Positions 9,736 to 19,302 of a stretch of 64,000 bases of DNA are shown piece by piece (position 1 is the first letter of the stretch; every line of letters starts with the position of its first letter). The stretch covers positions 1-64,000 of the IMG/VR virus record IMGVR_UViG_3300035665_000023; one strand, 5' to 3'. This DNA comes from a virus. A model generated the notes under the pieces. The model saw only the letters and a program-made list of their open reading frames with translations. It made no database searches and had not been told where the DNA came from. The position numbers and the translations under genes are program-made.

Positions 9736-9915
9736 TCAAACAGTTTTCTTGTTAGACGCTGGCGATTTCGATCCTTCGAGAACCGCCTTTGTTTGAGCAA
9801 GATTTAGAGCAGACTGAGAAAAGTGCAGTGCCTTCTGAGCATCTGGCTGAGCTTTAACTTGGTCAGCCAACTTTGCAATTGCAACATCAATCTTTTCGCT
9901 TAACTCATCTACCAT
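9736..9915 (-). CDS. Small hypothetical protein (59 aa, below the ORF-track cut-off)
   Basis: MVDELSEKIDVAIAKLADQVK...; fills the terminase-portal gap on the operon strand. Confidence 0.55.
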   Translation of the reverse strand: MVDELSEKIDVAIAKLADQVKAQPDAQKALHFSQSALNLAQTKAVLEGSKSPASNKKTV

Positions 9916-9949
9916 CCTACACCAATCCTTCAGGTTTTATCCTTGAATC

Positions 9950-11866
9950 TTACCTACGCAACACATCACGTATCCCATATCGTGGACTACCCGTGTTAAT
10001 GCCGCGTCGCTCTTGTCGCTCTCGCCACAAAAAGCTTCCATATTCTGGATTCTGACCGTTTTCCGTGTCGCTGTCAACTTTATCATTTGCGTGCTCTGAT
10101 GAAAATATATACCAGCAACCAGCCGCCGAAATAGCTCTGTCTGCATGGTTTTTGTTGCCAGCACCTTTGTTTTTTGTCGGAACATGCAAGAGTTTGTCGC
10201 CGTCCCATTCATACTCTCCGCACTCCGTAATCATTTCCTCAGAACGCGGAATGTATAAACCGGCATCCATCGCCATTGAAATGCGATCAAACAAGTCTGC
10301 CTTGTCGGAATCTCTGCGAACTGGCCAACCTACTCTGCGAGTTTTTGTTTGAGATCCGAATTGTTCAGAAGTGCGATAAAACACATTCCAGTACCCGAGT
10401 TTCGCTATTTCATCCGCAAAACCTCCAGAGTTGCCAGCGTCTTCCCAGCCGAGCAAAGCTTTGCGCATCCACACGCAAAGCGCTACCACGGTAAATGCAA
10501 ACGCCCGAGGCTCAACTCCTTTGATTGCGTATTCCAGCACTTGTTCTCCGCTGCTGTTGTCAAGCATGGAGATGACGGAAGGCGTTGCGACTGCTGACAT
10601 ACCGCCCGACGCAACGTCGCAACCTGCTGTATATGGTCCGAGCGGAGGAGAGAAATCTATCCCAGGACGAAACCACAACCTCAACGGCCCATCGTCTCTT
10701 GGAGACAACCCCACAACTTCTGGTCGCTCTTTGTCGATTACTGGTACGCCCTGCCAAACAGGCCGTTTGCAATGCTCTTTTTTCATTCGTTCGAGCAAAG
10801 CAGGTTGGAAGCACTTGCTAGCTGCGCCCTTTGCATCCATGTCAAGTTCACGCGCAATAAATCGAGGTGTAGCACCTGGAAGGAGGCAATGGGAGTCGTA
10901 CCAAGGCGATCGGAACCTCCCTTCAATCACATGCCCTCTTCGTTCGATAGCACGCAACTCGCGAGCATGGGTACTAATGTACTCATCGACAGCTTCTTGC
11001 TCTTCGGGCCTGACTGATTTGGCAATTCCATTTTGCTTGATGTAAGCAAGCTTTGAATGAACTGGATTGTCTTTCCAATTCAAAGAATAGACTCGAGGGT
11101 TATCTGGATCGGTCGCAGATTCGTAGAACACGCCAGCGTCGGCGCCAAACGTTGAGCACAAAAATACGCAATTCGTGACATGCGCCACGCTGCTCATGAT
11201 TTTGTAGTCAACACCACCAGCAATGAACTCTTCAGAGCCTACTTCGTCAAATGCGAACATACTGGTTCTACCACCACGCGCCACGTCTGCTGTTGCTGAA
11301 TACCCAACCCATATTGAGTTTGTCTTCGGCAATCGAATGGTATGGTCGGTAATGTTGCGATCGTACTTATCTAGCATCCACACTGGCAGCTTATCGAGCA
11401 TCGACGACAACTTGTTCATGACAGCCGATGGATCCTTAGAGTCCATCATCTTTTCGTTACGAGAAACCAATCCTGACGAAAAACCATTTTCAAACAATGC
11501 ACGCCGAATTTGCACACCAAGATAGGTGTACGTTCCACCTTGGGCTCGAGACTTCTTCACTGTAGCGGAAACAGGATGACCTTCATTCATTCCTTCGGTT
11601 ATTGTTTCATCCATGCCAACGATAACTGCATCTTGATGGGGCCAAGGCACAAACGGACGCAACTTAATTCTTTCGCGAGGTTCTTCTACCCACAAAGCAA
11701 ATGCAAAGAAGAAAAGAACATCATTTTCGCACGCTTGTATTAAAGCGTTTCGAAATTGCTCGTCTACCAATGCTCTTTCGCGGCAGCGAATGCGCCAGCG
11801 TAGATTTTCCTCAAGTCCGCGAGGAACCAAATCGTAAAAAGGTGTGTTCATGCCAAGATTGTGCAA
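9950..11866 (-). CDS. terL: Terminase large subunit
   Basis: PWPHQ adenine-binding motif, KKSRAQGGT Walker A, FAFDE Walker B, STF coupling motif, GCDVASG and HADRA nuclease motifs. Confidence 0.9.
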   Translation of the reverse strand: MHNLGMNTPFYDLVPRGLEENLRWRIRCRERALVDEQFRNALIQACENDVLFFFAFALWVEEPRERIKLRPFVPWPHQDAVIVGMDETITEGMNEGHPVSATVKKSRAQGGTYTYLGVQIRRALFENGFSSGLVSRNEKMMDSKDPSAVMNKLSSMLDKLPVWMLDKYDRNITDHTIRLPKTNSIWVGYSATADVARGGRTSMFAFDEVGSEEFIAGGVDYKIMSSVAHVTNCVFLCSTFGADAGVFYESATDPDNPRVYSLNWKDNPVHSKLAYIKQNGIAKSVRPEEQEAVDEYISTHARELRAIERRGHVIEGRFRSPWYDSHCLLPGATPRFIARELDMDAKGAASKCFQPALLERMKKEHCKRPVWQGVPVIDKERPEVVGLSPRDDGPLRLWFRPGIDFSPPLGPYTAGCDVASGGMSAVATPSVISMLDNSSGEQVLEYAIKGVEPRAFAFTVVALCVWMRKALLGWEDAGNSGGFADEIAKLGYWNVFYRTSEQFGSQTKTRRVGWPVRRDSDKADLFDRISMAMDAGLYIPRSEEMITECGEYEWDGDKLLHVPTKNKGAGNKNHADRAISAAGCWYIFSSEHANDKVDSDTENGQNPEYGSFLWRERQERRGINTGSPRYGIRDVLRR

Positions 11867-11898
11867 ATTACAATCAACTTAGTCAAACTTGGCAAATA

Positions 11899-12216
11899 TC
11901 AATTTCTTAGACTTCGCTCCAACGCTTCTCCTATCGACATAACCTTCAGTCTCGCCCTCAAAGTGCTTTCATTAAGTCCATAAGCCTCGGCCCACTGTTT
12001 GATGGTCATGCGTTTACCAGCATACGATATGCCGCAGGATCCGCAGCTTGAAGTGTGTCCGCTGCGAAGATGATCAAGACGAACTTCCACGTTCGCGCCA
12101 CAGTCACATTTACATTGGAATTTACGCTTGCCATTCGAGGAAATTTCGCAAATCACCCGCAACTCCCCGTATTTCTCTCCTGCAGCAACATTGATTCGAC
12201 GCATCAACAATCCCAC
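11899..12216 (-). CDS. Remnant of a phage HNH/AP2-type homing endonuclease: N-terminal Cys domain plus C-terminal HTH, no nuclease domain
   Basis: GEKYGELRVI...CKCDCG...LRSGHTSSCG joined directly to YAGKRMTIKQWAEAYGL. Confidence 0.6.
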   Translation of the reverse strand: MGLLMRRINVAAGEKYGELRVICEISSNGKRKFQCKCDCGANVEVRLDHLRSGHTSSCGSCGISYAGKRMTIKQWAEAYGLNESTLRARLKVMSIGEALERSLRN

Positions 12217-12479
12217 TTTCTTCGAGCTTTCCTGAGCCTGCTGTTCGGGTCTTTAGCCGCTTCCGGCCACATTTTCATCTGACCGGCGCTACGAGCACAG
12301 AAAGATTTTCTGCGAGCGGCAGACTTCGGATATTTTAACGCTTGCTCTTTCGAAACGGGTGGTTTGAGATTTGACCCTTCGGCTTTAGCCGAAGCCCTGC
12401 CCTTAGCGTTCAAGCCACCATCTGGATCTTGACCTTCCGCTCGAGACCAAGCAGGGGTTTTGTACTTCCTCTTTGTCAT
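12204..12479 (-). CDS. DUF6321-like basic phage protein
   Basis: TPAWSRAEGQDPDGGLNAKGRAS...ARRKSFCAR...DPNSRLRKARRKWDC. Confidence 0.7.
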   Translation of the reverse strand: MTKRKYKTPAWSRAEGQDPDGGLNAKGRASAKAEGSNLKPPVSKEQALKYPKSAARRKSFCARSAGQMKMWPEAAKDPNSRLRKARRKWDC

Positions 12480-12480
12480 T

Positions 12481-12609
12481 TTACTTGCTCTTCGGTTTTG
12501 GTTTCGGTTGAGTTTTCTTTTGGGGATTCGACTTCTTGCAACTCCCCTTACTGTACGCCTTTTTGCCCTTTACGGGCTCGTAACCTTGCCAACATCTATT
12601 GTCTTTCAT
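12481..12609 (-). CDS. Small basic protein (42 aa)
   Basis: MKDNRCWQGYEPVKGKKAYSKGSC...; CWxGY motif common in small phage proteins. Confidence 0.5.
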   Translation of the reverse strand: MKDNRCWQGYEPVKGKKAYSKGSCKKSNPQKKTQPKPKPKSK

Positions 12610-12704
12610 CCGGCCAACCCTTCATCTGAGTGTTATTTGCCACGCACACCGAACACAGCCTAGCAAAATTGCCCCAAAAACGAAATTACATCAAATACGC
12701 TCCC

Positions 12705-12740
12705 ACCCTAATTGACTTATTGCGTTACGGGGGCTATCCT
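12705..12740 (+). promoter_or_regulatory. Sigma70-like promoter of the resolvase
   Basis: TTGACT (12712)-N17-TATCCT (12735). Confidence 0.55.
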
Positions 12741-12785
12741 TGGAGTAGGAGACTTGTTTTCTGCTTTTTGCCAAGGAGATTTGCG

Positions 12786-13394
12786 ATGACGATTGCCATG
12801 TATGTCCGTGTAAGCACTGAAGAACAGAACGAAGATGGTCAGCGTCGTGAGTTGAAAAAATGGATCGTTGCCAACGGAATCGACTACAAATCCGTTCATT
12901 GGTACGTTGACAAAGCCAATGGATCTACGTTGGATCGACCGGAGCTTGACCAGCTTCGACGAGACGTTCGGAACGGGACCATCAAGACCGTTGTCGTTTG
13001 GAAACTTGATCGCTTGTCCAGAAACGCAATGCAAGGTTACAACCTGATAGGAGAGTGGTGCGACAAAAAAGTACGGATCGTCTCCGTCACTGAGCCTATC
13101 GACCTTAGCGGGCTTATTGGGCAGGCTATTGCCAATTTGTTTCTTACTTTTGCTCAGATCGAAAAGCAAAACATCAAGCAACGCCAAACTGCTGGCATCG
13201 AAGCCGCCAAAGAACGTGGTGTGTACAAAGGCAGGAAGCCAGGAGCTATCAAGGCGGGTGTCAATCTCAAAAAGGTATTCAAGCTTCGCGACAAAGGATT
13301 TACGCAAGAAGAGATCGCTCGAGCAATGGGAATCAGCCTTAGCTCCGTAGGCAGATACTTGAAATTAGAGCAGGATGTAGCACTAAAAGATTAG
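12786..13394 (+). CDS. Small serine recombinase (resolvase/invertase family)
   Basis: YVRVSTEEQ catalytic Ser, DRPEL, VWKLDRLSR, GVYKGRKP and a C-terminal HTH; AAGGAG RBS before ATG 12786. Confidence 0.95.
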   Translation: MTIAMYVRVSTEEQNEDGQRRELKKWIVANGIDYKSVHWYVDKANGSTLDRPELDQLRRDVRNGTIKTVVVWKLDRLSRNAMQGYNLIGEWCDKKVRIVSVTEPIDLSGLIGQAIANLFLTFAQIEKQNIKQRQTAGIEAAKERGVYKGRKPGAIKAGVNLKKVFKLRDKGFTQEEIARAMGISLSSVGRYLKLEQDVALKD

Positions 13395-13397
13395 TTA

Positions 13398-13688
13398 CTA
13401 ATCATCTCCAACCTCGTCAGCGAGCATCCGCCTTAACTCGCGAGCTTCTACAGTTAGCGACTTAGCCAATTTTTCCAATGACTCAACTGCCCGCTGCTTT
13501 ACGTCTTTTTCGACTGCAATCAACGACCGATCTCGCTCACTGCCAGAAAGAGTTTCTACTAACTCAGCCGCTTGTAAATGAAACTCTGTCTTAGTGCATA
13601 CTTTTCCGTGAATCACCTGGGACCGATTAGCAGCGCGTGAAGCCTGCACCTTGTGCCACTCAGCAAGAGATCGAACATCCATTTGCAT
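13398..13688 (-). CDS. Hypothetical protein
   Basis: 96-aa ORF convergent with the resolvase. Confidence 0.5.
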   Translation of the reverse strand: MQMDVRSLAEWHKVQASRAANRSQVIHGKVCTKTEFHLQAAELVETLSGSERDRSLIAVEKDVKQRAVESLEKLAKSLTVEARELRRMLADEVGDD

Positions 13689-13835
13689 CGCTCTTTAATT
13701 ACTTTTTGCACTGGATAAAAATCAAACAATCCAAATCGGTCGTTCAGGAGTCTAACCCAAAGCAACTACGCCGCATGAAGCGAAATTTGAGTTGCAACAC
13801 CATCGACCGCACAAACATCTTAGCATCACGCTAGC

Positions 13836-14249
13836 CTATCTTCTACGCGGCCAGACATAAAGCCGCTGTGTCGAATACGGGCTCCCATAACCGTACGGAT
13901 TGTTGATGCTGTCAGAACTAAAGGGAGAGCCATACCGCCCATAAGGATTGGAAATCGAGTCCGACGCGTAAGGATTAGAACTCAACTCACCAAGATACCG
14001 CCCGCTTCGAGTGTAAATCCTCGGCGGGTTGGTCGCATACGGGTTCGTCCAAGAGTAATCGCTGTACGGGCTCCCGTACCGGCTGTACGGATTCATCAGC
14101 CCATCTTGACGGTAAGGACTTCCGGCACCGTAAGGATTACTCAGCGAATTGTCGTCGTAAGGACCAGCATTCAGATCGCCTAACGAATACTGCCCATACG
14201 ACAACGACGAAAACAACACTACCAACAAGACACTTAACAGAGATCGCAT
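13836..14249 (-). CDS. Secreted protein with SxxNPYGxYGSPYS repeats
   Basis: Signal peptide MRSLLSVLLVVLFSSLSYG, GGAGGG RBS, repeated NPY(G/S)xxGSP motif. Confidence 0.75.
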   Translation of the reverse strand: MRSLLSVLLVVLFSSLSYGQYSLGDLNAGPYDDNSLSNPYGAGSPYRQDGLMNPYSRYGSPYSDYSWTNPYATNPPRIYTRSGRYLGELSSNPYASDSISNPYGRYGSPFSSDSINNPYGYGSPYSTQRLYVWPRRR

Positions 14250-15046
14250 AGATCCACCCTCCATACGCATAATCGAAAACCACTACCCAACGTTCGATCA
14301 ATCTACCAGTATGGACCCAAGAACGCAACAAGAATGTTGTACGCAACAAAAAACGGCATCGCGGCAGGAGGTAGCGGACGCCCAGGGGAGACGGATCAAT
14401 TTCCGGCAGGATGCTAACAAATTTTGCGGATCATCTAATAAAAAATGGGCGGGCTATTTCCACCACTGGTAGCGATGAGCATTTCCAGTGACTTCCAATC
14501 TCTCTACGGCTCCCCCGCATCTCCGTAGTTCATCTGGGAGCGACCCAGCAAACTCACTCCTCGTCAAACACCAACGAAGAAACCTTGATCCACTCCAACC
14601 ACCTCAAACCCCGAAACCGAACAATACTAATCTTACCAATCCACCACCCACACTCCGATACAATCCGACGACGACCACGCCACCTAGCAGGAATAAAATA
14701 CTCACTGTCACCAAGATATATCACAACATCTTCGTCAGGTAACCGCATAAAATCACCATATCAGCATGGACCCGATAGAGCAACCGAAAATGGGTGTGCA
14801 ATGAGAAGGGGCATACGCTGGGAGTCCCGCCGAGCGGGGTGGGGGGTCTGGGTCGTTTTCCGGCGTCCAATGCTTGTGATCGTCCTTGCGGTCCAGTGTC
14901 GGTGCCATCGATCTCAACGACAAACACACGTCAAATAGGGTCTCCAGTCCGCAGCGCTCGAAAACACAGGGAAAACACGCAGGAATCACCGCAGAAAACC
15001 CCCTTCATCAAGCGTATACCCTAGCAGGCATGGCAATGTGGCAGTC

Positions 15047-15772
15047 TCACCCCTCGACCATCTCCGCGAGGAGTTTGCGGATGTCATCGATGGCTAGCCG
15101 TTCCCTGCGAACGTGCTCCCGTTCGTCTTCGAGGCTCGCTGTGGCTTTGGCCGCGACATCGACGAACTTGGTGTAGGCTCGGATGCTCGTTTCCAACCAG
15201 CCCAACGCCGCGTAAGAGGGTGCCGGGGTCAACGCTCGGGACAGATCGACGACCGACCTCTCTCCAACGTCTGTGACGCACTGGAGGCGATTGGCCTGCA
15301 CCCACTGGATCTCAGCGGCGAGGGGAGCATTAGCGGGCAACTTCCCCCAGATCTCCGGCAGATCGCCAAGGCCGACAACCTGGGAATCGGCGTCACCCCG
15401 CGCGCGAGCGCCGGATCCGCTCTTGCCGTCGGTAACGCCGTCCATGCGAGAAGCCGCACCCCCCTGCGTTTGCCCTCTCGGTTCCCCCTCAGTCCGATTC
15501 CCGTCGCCATCCGGTCGCGGAAGCTCTTCCCACGGTTGCGCCGCTGTCGCTTCCGTCACTGTTGATGGTAGCGGTGGGAACATCTCGTCGATCGCGAGGT
15601 ATGCGCGCCGTTGAGCGTCGTCCTTGGTTAACCCGGCATCACGCGCCTCGCGGATCAGCGTGTCCTTTGCGGCAACAACTTCGGACCAGCGGTCTTCAGC
15701 GAGGAGTCGGCGGTAGATGCGGTACTTCAGTTCTACCAGCGGTTCGTTGGCGGTTTGTTCGTTGTCGTCCAT
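15047..15772 (-). CDS. Hypothetical protein, candidate terminase small subunit
   Basis: Start MDDNEQ with GAGGA RBS; helical, acidic C terminus; first large ORF on the packaging-gene strand. Function is positional inference only. Confidence 0.5.
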   Translation of the reverse strand: MDDNEQTANEPLVELKYRIYRRLLAEDRWSEVVAAKDTLIREARDAGLTKDDAQRRAYLAIDEMFPPLPSTVTEATAAQPWEELPRPDGDGNRTEGEPRGQTQGGAASRMDGVTDGKSGSGARARGDADSQVVGLGDLPEIWGKLPANAPLAAEIQWVQANRLQCVTDVGERSVVDLSRALTPAPSYAALGWLETSIRAYTKFVDVAAKATASLEDEREHVRRERLAIDDIRKLLAEMVEG

Positions 15773-15856
15773 GTTCCTCGGTCTTTCAGCGCGCATACCC
15801 CCCCCTCCCCCCCAAACTGGTAAAAACATGCGTTTTCCCAGGGTTTTTGGGGTTTC

Positions 15857-15911
15857 GATAGGTATTGGATACCCTATCCATACCCTATCCATAGGGTATC
15901 TATACCCTATC
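15857..15911. repeat. Iteron-like ATACCCTATC repeats at 11-bp phasing
   Basis: Copies at 15869, 15880, 15891 (inverted) and 15902, plus a partial inverted copy at 15857. Confidence 0.75.
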
Positions 15912-16220
15912 GCCCCCCGTTGGCTCTGCGGGCTGTAGGGGGGCAAGCGAACTGGCTCGGTCAGTCCTGTCGGTGATTGCCTGGGTCTGTGCTTTCGCCT
16001 TGGACGCTTTTCTGTGGGGGGCAACCACACTCCCCGCGTTTCGAAGATCCTACCAAATTTCGTCCCGAACGCAAACTCTGCGGGTGCGGTCCTCGATCCT
16101 GCAGCGACTTCCCCGCCGCATTCCCAGTCAATTTTCCGAAAAAACTTTCCTGGCAAAAAAACCAGCAAAACCCCTGCGAAAACCTCTATTTCGAACAGTC
16201 AAATAGGATTATTTTGGATT

Positions 16221-16256
16221 ACCCTAATTGACTTGCTCTCCGAGATCCGATATTGT
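16221..16256 (+). promoter_or_regulatory. Sigma70-like early promoter
   Basis: TTGACT (16228)-N17-TATTGT (16251) upstream of the plus-strand cluster. Confidence 0.65.
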
Positions 16257-16290
16257 GAATAAAGAGACCGAGGTTGTCTCGGTCAAAAGA

Positions 16291-16322
16291 GTTCTAGCTG
16301 ACCCCGCAAGGGTCAAGGAGAA
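16291..16322 (+). promoter_or_regulatory. Repeated leader hairpin plus RBS, copy 1
   Basis: GTTCTAGC-TGACCC-CGCAA-GGGTCA-AGGAGAA; near-identical to 17441-17470. Confidence 0.65.
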
Positions 16323-16328
16323 TCGACA

Positions 16329-16775
16329 GTGAAAACCATTTTTGAAACACGTTTCGCGAAAGTTGGCGAAACATCCTCGCATTACCAATCAGCAAGGATT
16401 ACGTCTTCCGCCGCCGCTTGCCATTGGGCGAAGCACTGCCTGGGCGAGTATTTCAGCGACAAGCTGGATCAGGAGGAATTCCTGATCGCGATTTTAGATA
16501 CGAAATTTTTCGTTCGTCGCGTCGTCCGCATCACTCGCGGGACGTTGGACGCGAGCTTAGTTCACCCCCGCGAAGTCTTTAGGCCCGCAATTGCAGATGC
16601 GGCCTCGGCGATTTTGTGCATCCACAATCATCCCTCAGGAGATCCCACGCCAAGCCCCCAGGACCACCAAATCACCGAGCGCCTGCGAGAGGCTGGGCGA
16701 ATCTTGGGTATTAACGTCCTCGATCACATTGTGGTGGGCGATTACGCAGTATCGTTGGCGGAGGTGGTATCGTGA
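16329..16775 (+). CDS. radC: RadC-like JAB/MPN domain protein
   Basis: GTLDASLVHPREVFR, HNHPSGDPTPSPQD, LGINVLDHIVVG. Confidence 0.92.
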   Translation: MKTIFETRFAKVGETSSHYQSARITSSAAACHWAKHCLGEYFSDKLDQEEFLIAILDTKFFVRRVVRITRGTLDASLVHPREVFRPAIADAASAILCIHNHPSGDPTPSPQDHQITERLREAGRILGINVLDHIVVGDYAVSLAEVVS

Positions 16776-17116
16776 ACCTCGAACAATTCGTGAGTGCATA
16801 CATTGCATGCGCTTTGTGGTCTTCAGTCGACGAAAATTGCGAGCCGCTAGATCTGTACTCACCTGACGACATCGACCCGCAAACCCTTGAGGTAATGCGG
16901 TCGGACTGCAAAGACTTCATTGAGTCCAATGCGGACCTCCTCAAGGGTCTCGACCCAGAGCAATGCGGGCATGACTTTTGGCTGACCAGGAACAGGCACG
17001 GCGCTGGGTTCTGGGATCGAGGCCTTGGAGATGTTGGTCAACAGCTCACTGAGGCATGTCGACCATACGGCGAATTCAACCTCTACGAAGCTGAAGGGGT
17101 GATCCATGGCCAGTAA
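16772..17116 (+). CDS. Conserved phage early protein
   Basis: GHDFWLTRNRHGAGFWDRG motif; GTGA overlap with radC and GGAGG RBS. Confidence 0.75.
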   Translation: MNLEQFVSAYIACALWSSVDENCEPLDLYSPDDIDPQTLEVMRSDCKDFIESNADLLKGLDPEQCGHDFWLTRNRHGAGFWDRGLGDVGQQLTEACRPYGEFNLYEAEGVIHGQ

Positions 17117-17372
17117 GATCAAACAACTCAAAGAGGCTATTCGACATCCGTACTCGTGGCCAGGAGGCTACGAGATCTCTGCCATCATGTCAGATGGTGG
17201 CGTTCTCTGCATGAAGTGCTGCAAGGAGAACTTCAGCAACATCGTGGATAGCACCAAGAAGGACATTCGGGACGGTTGGAAACTCGAAGCGATCGACTGC
17301 ATCTGGGAGGGCGATTGCAACTGCGATCAATGCGGAAAGAGCGTGGTAGTGTACCCGAGCCACGAAGAGTAG
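17106..17372 (+). CDS. Small Cys-rich phage protein
   Basis: YSWPGGY, CMKC and CDQCG motifs; overlaps the previous gene. Confidence 0.7.
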   Translation: MASKIKQLKEAIRHPYSWPGGYEISAIMSDGGVLCMKCCKENFSNIVDSTKKDIRDGWKLEAIDCIWEGDCNCDQCGKSVVVYPSHEE

Positions 17373-17440
17373 CGACGTTGCGAGGGTGAGGGGCTGATCT
17401 TTTCGCCCCGATCCCCCGCGACGTTGCGGGTGTGTTATGT

Positions 17441-17470
17441 GTTCTAGCTGCCCCGCAAGGGCAAGGAGAA
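17441..17470 (+). promoter_or_regulatory. Repeated leader hairpin plus RBS, copy 2
   Basis: GTTCTAGC-TGCCC-CGCAA-GGGCA-AGGAGAA. Confidence 0.65.
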
Positions 17471-18295
17471 ATGACGATGGTGACCAAGACAAGAAAGCTT
17501 ATCAAGACCAAGGCCGAGCGCATGCTCGCGGACAAGTTGGATTTTCGGGGGAAGTACCTCGATTCGTTGTTGGCCAAGGCGTTGCAGAATCTGAAACTGG
17601 AATCGCCACTGCCCGACGCAGCAAGCTACCTGCGCGCGATGAAGCGACGGCGCGCCGAGCGGATCAAAGCGAAGTGGGGAATGGGAGTCCGCGCATTCGA
17701 GCGACTGCGCGAAAAGGGCAGGCAAATCCTCAGGGATTTTAGCACTGGTTATTCTATGGGCGAGTGGAAAACGATTGAGATTGGCGGGGAGGTTTTTCTG
17801 CGGGTTGACAACACTCGCGAATACGCCACTTCGTCGCGGTACAAAGCAACTCATGGCGACTTGACGATCAGAATCGACCTGCTCAGTCTGCGCAAGATCG
17901 AGCGCATACAAGGTGTGTGGACAATTCGTCGGGCAGGAAATCGCGCCAGTTGGTTGCAAAGCGAAAGCAGCAAGAACCGCTACCGCATCCGATGGGTACA
18001 CGGATTTCTCGTTGGCGCATCGCATGGAGCTAGTATCGAGGAGTGCCGAGCGCTCGAGGAAAAGAAGGCGATCCGAACCGACGAGGGAGAGATCAAACGC
18101 CTGGATCGATTCGTCGGTCTCCAAGACAGAGTGACCGCAGGAGCCTGCGAAGCTGGCGTACTGGCGTTTTGCCAGCGCCACAACCTGGATCCGAGCATGG
18201 GCTACCGTATGGATTACCTTTTGCAATTGGACGACCCAACAGCCAAGCCTTACATCGGAATATTGGCGCGACGGCTCGCACGTAGCCGGGCATAA
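17471..18295 (+). CDS. Hypothetical basic protein
   Basis: Long ORF following an AAGGAG RBS; AGACEAGVLAFC motif near the C terminus. Confidence 0.7.
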   Translation: MTMVTKTRKLIKTKAERMLADKLDFRGKYLDSLLAKALQNLKLESPLPDAASYLRAMKRRRAERIKAKWGMGVRAFERLREKGRQILRDFSTGYSMGEWKTIEIGGEVFLRVDNTREYATSSRYKATHGDLTIRIDLLSLRKIERIQGVWTIRRAGNRASWLQSESSKNRYRIRWVHGFLVGASHGASIEECRALEEKKAIRTDEGEIKRLDRFVGLQDRVTAGACEAGVLAFCQRHNLDPSMGYRMDYLLQLDDPTAKPYIGILARRLARSRA

Positions 18296-18315
18296 CACAA
18301 CATCCAACAACCACA

Positions 18316-18561
18316 ATGGAGGATCTTAAAATGAAGATAGGAACGCGATTAGTGATTAGTGACCCAGATACGATACTAACCGGCGCGGAGGTCGTTGTGA
18401 CTGACACGATACGCGAAGGTCGGTATTTGTGCCAAATTGTCAAATTGCCACAGTCTGACAAATTCAAGAAGTCAGGGAGTTTCTTATTTCATCTCGGTCG
18501 GCAAGTTTACGTTAGCAATGGACAGTACGAACAATCGCCACAACAAGGAGAAAAGCAATGA
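18316..18561 (+). CDS. Hypothetical protein
   Basis: ORF in operon; the alternative start at 18331 has a GGAGG RBS. Confidence 0.55.
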   Translation: MEDLKMKIGTRLVISDPDTILTGAEVVVTDTIREGRYLCQIVKLPQSDKFKKSGSFLFHLGRQVYVSNGQYEQSPQQGEKQ

Positions 18562-18905
18562 CCACAGCAACCGCAATAAGCGAAGCGCGTACGATGGCCG
18601 AACGACTGCTAAGGCTCGATCCCTCGGGAGGGCGCGTGTTTCTGGGTGCCAATGCTCAGAATGGAGTCAGCCATGAAAACTACTCAGTTGACTACTTTGC
18701 CGACAATTCAATATTGATTTGGGCTAAGGGTGAGGGTTGCATCGTCCTTGATGGTGCCCAAACGTACTATCGCGATACGGTTGAGCACCTTGCGCGATGC
18801 CTTGGGACATTTACCAAGGCCGAGCGCGCGGCCATGATCGGCGGCAAGTCGAAATGGATTGATGGCATCCATTGGAGCGCGGACGGCGAATGCATCGGAC
18901 TGTAA
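18558..18905 (+). CDS. Hypothetical protein
   Basis: AAGGAG RBS, ATGA overlap. Confidence 0.65.
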   Translation: MTTATAISEARTMAERLLRLDPSGGRVFLGANAQNGVSHENYSVDYFADNSILIWAKGEGCIVLDGAQTYYRDTVEHLARCLGTFTKAERAAMIGGKSKWIDGIHWSADGECIGL

Positions 18906-18993
18906 CCACGCTACGTTTCGGGATCGCGCTCTGGTCTGGCCAGGGCGCATTCCTGCAACGTCGCAGGAACACAACACCACAAGGAGATTTATT

Positions 18994-19302
18994 ATGGCAA
19001 GGGCAGCAAGTGTATTCTGGGAAAACAATCAGCCGATCAAGCCGATGGGACCGTCACCAGTTGAGCAGAGGCAAGCCGAACTACCCAAGGGTGATGGTGA
19101 TTGGCCTGGAGCTGAACACGTTTGGAGGAAACTCCAAGAGGCAAGCCACTACCTTGCGAAGAACAAGCATACTTATCTCAGCGCGGATCATGTCGAGTGC
19201 ATGGCAGCAATGGGAAGTGGGCATGAAGAAACAATGAAACACCAGTTATCCATCGCCTACGCATACTCATGGGCGACACCCGAACACGAGGCTGCACTGT
19301 GA
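18994..19302 (+). CDS. Hypothetical protein
   Basis: AAGGAG RBS before MARAASV. Confidence 0.65.
   Translation: MARAASVFWENNQPIKPMGPSPVEQRQAELPKGDGDWPGAEHVWRKLQEASHYLAKNKHTYLSADHVECMAAMGSGHEETMKHQLSIAYAYSWATPEHEAAL

Noticed and set aside
15773-16168. N-terminal extension of the 373-aa ORF 15047..16168
   Set aside because: Runs through homopolymer tracts and iterons; an RBS supports the start at 15772.
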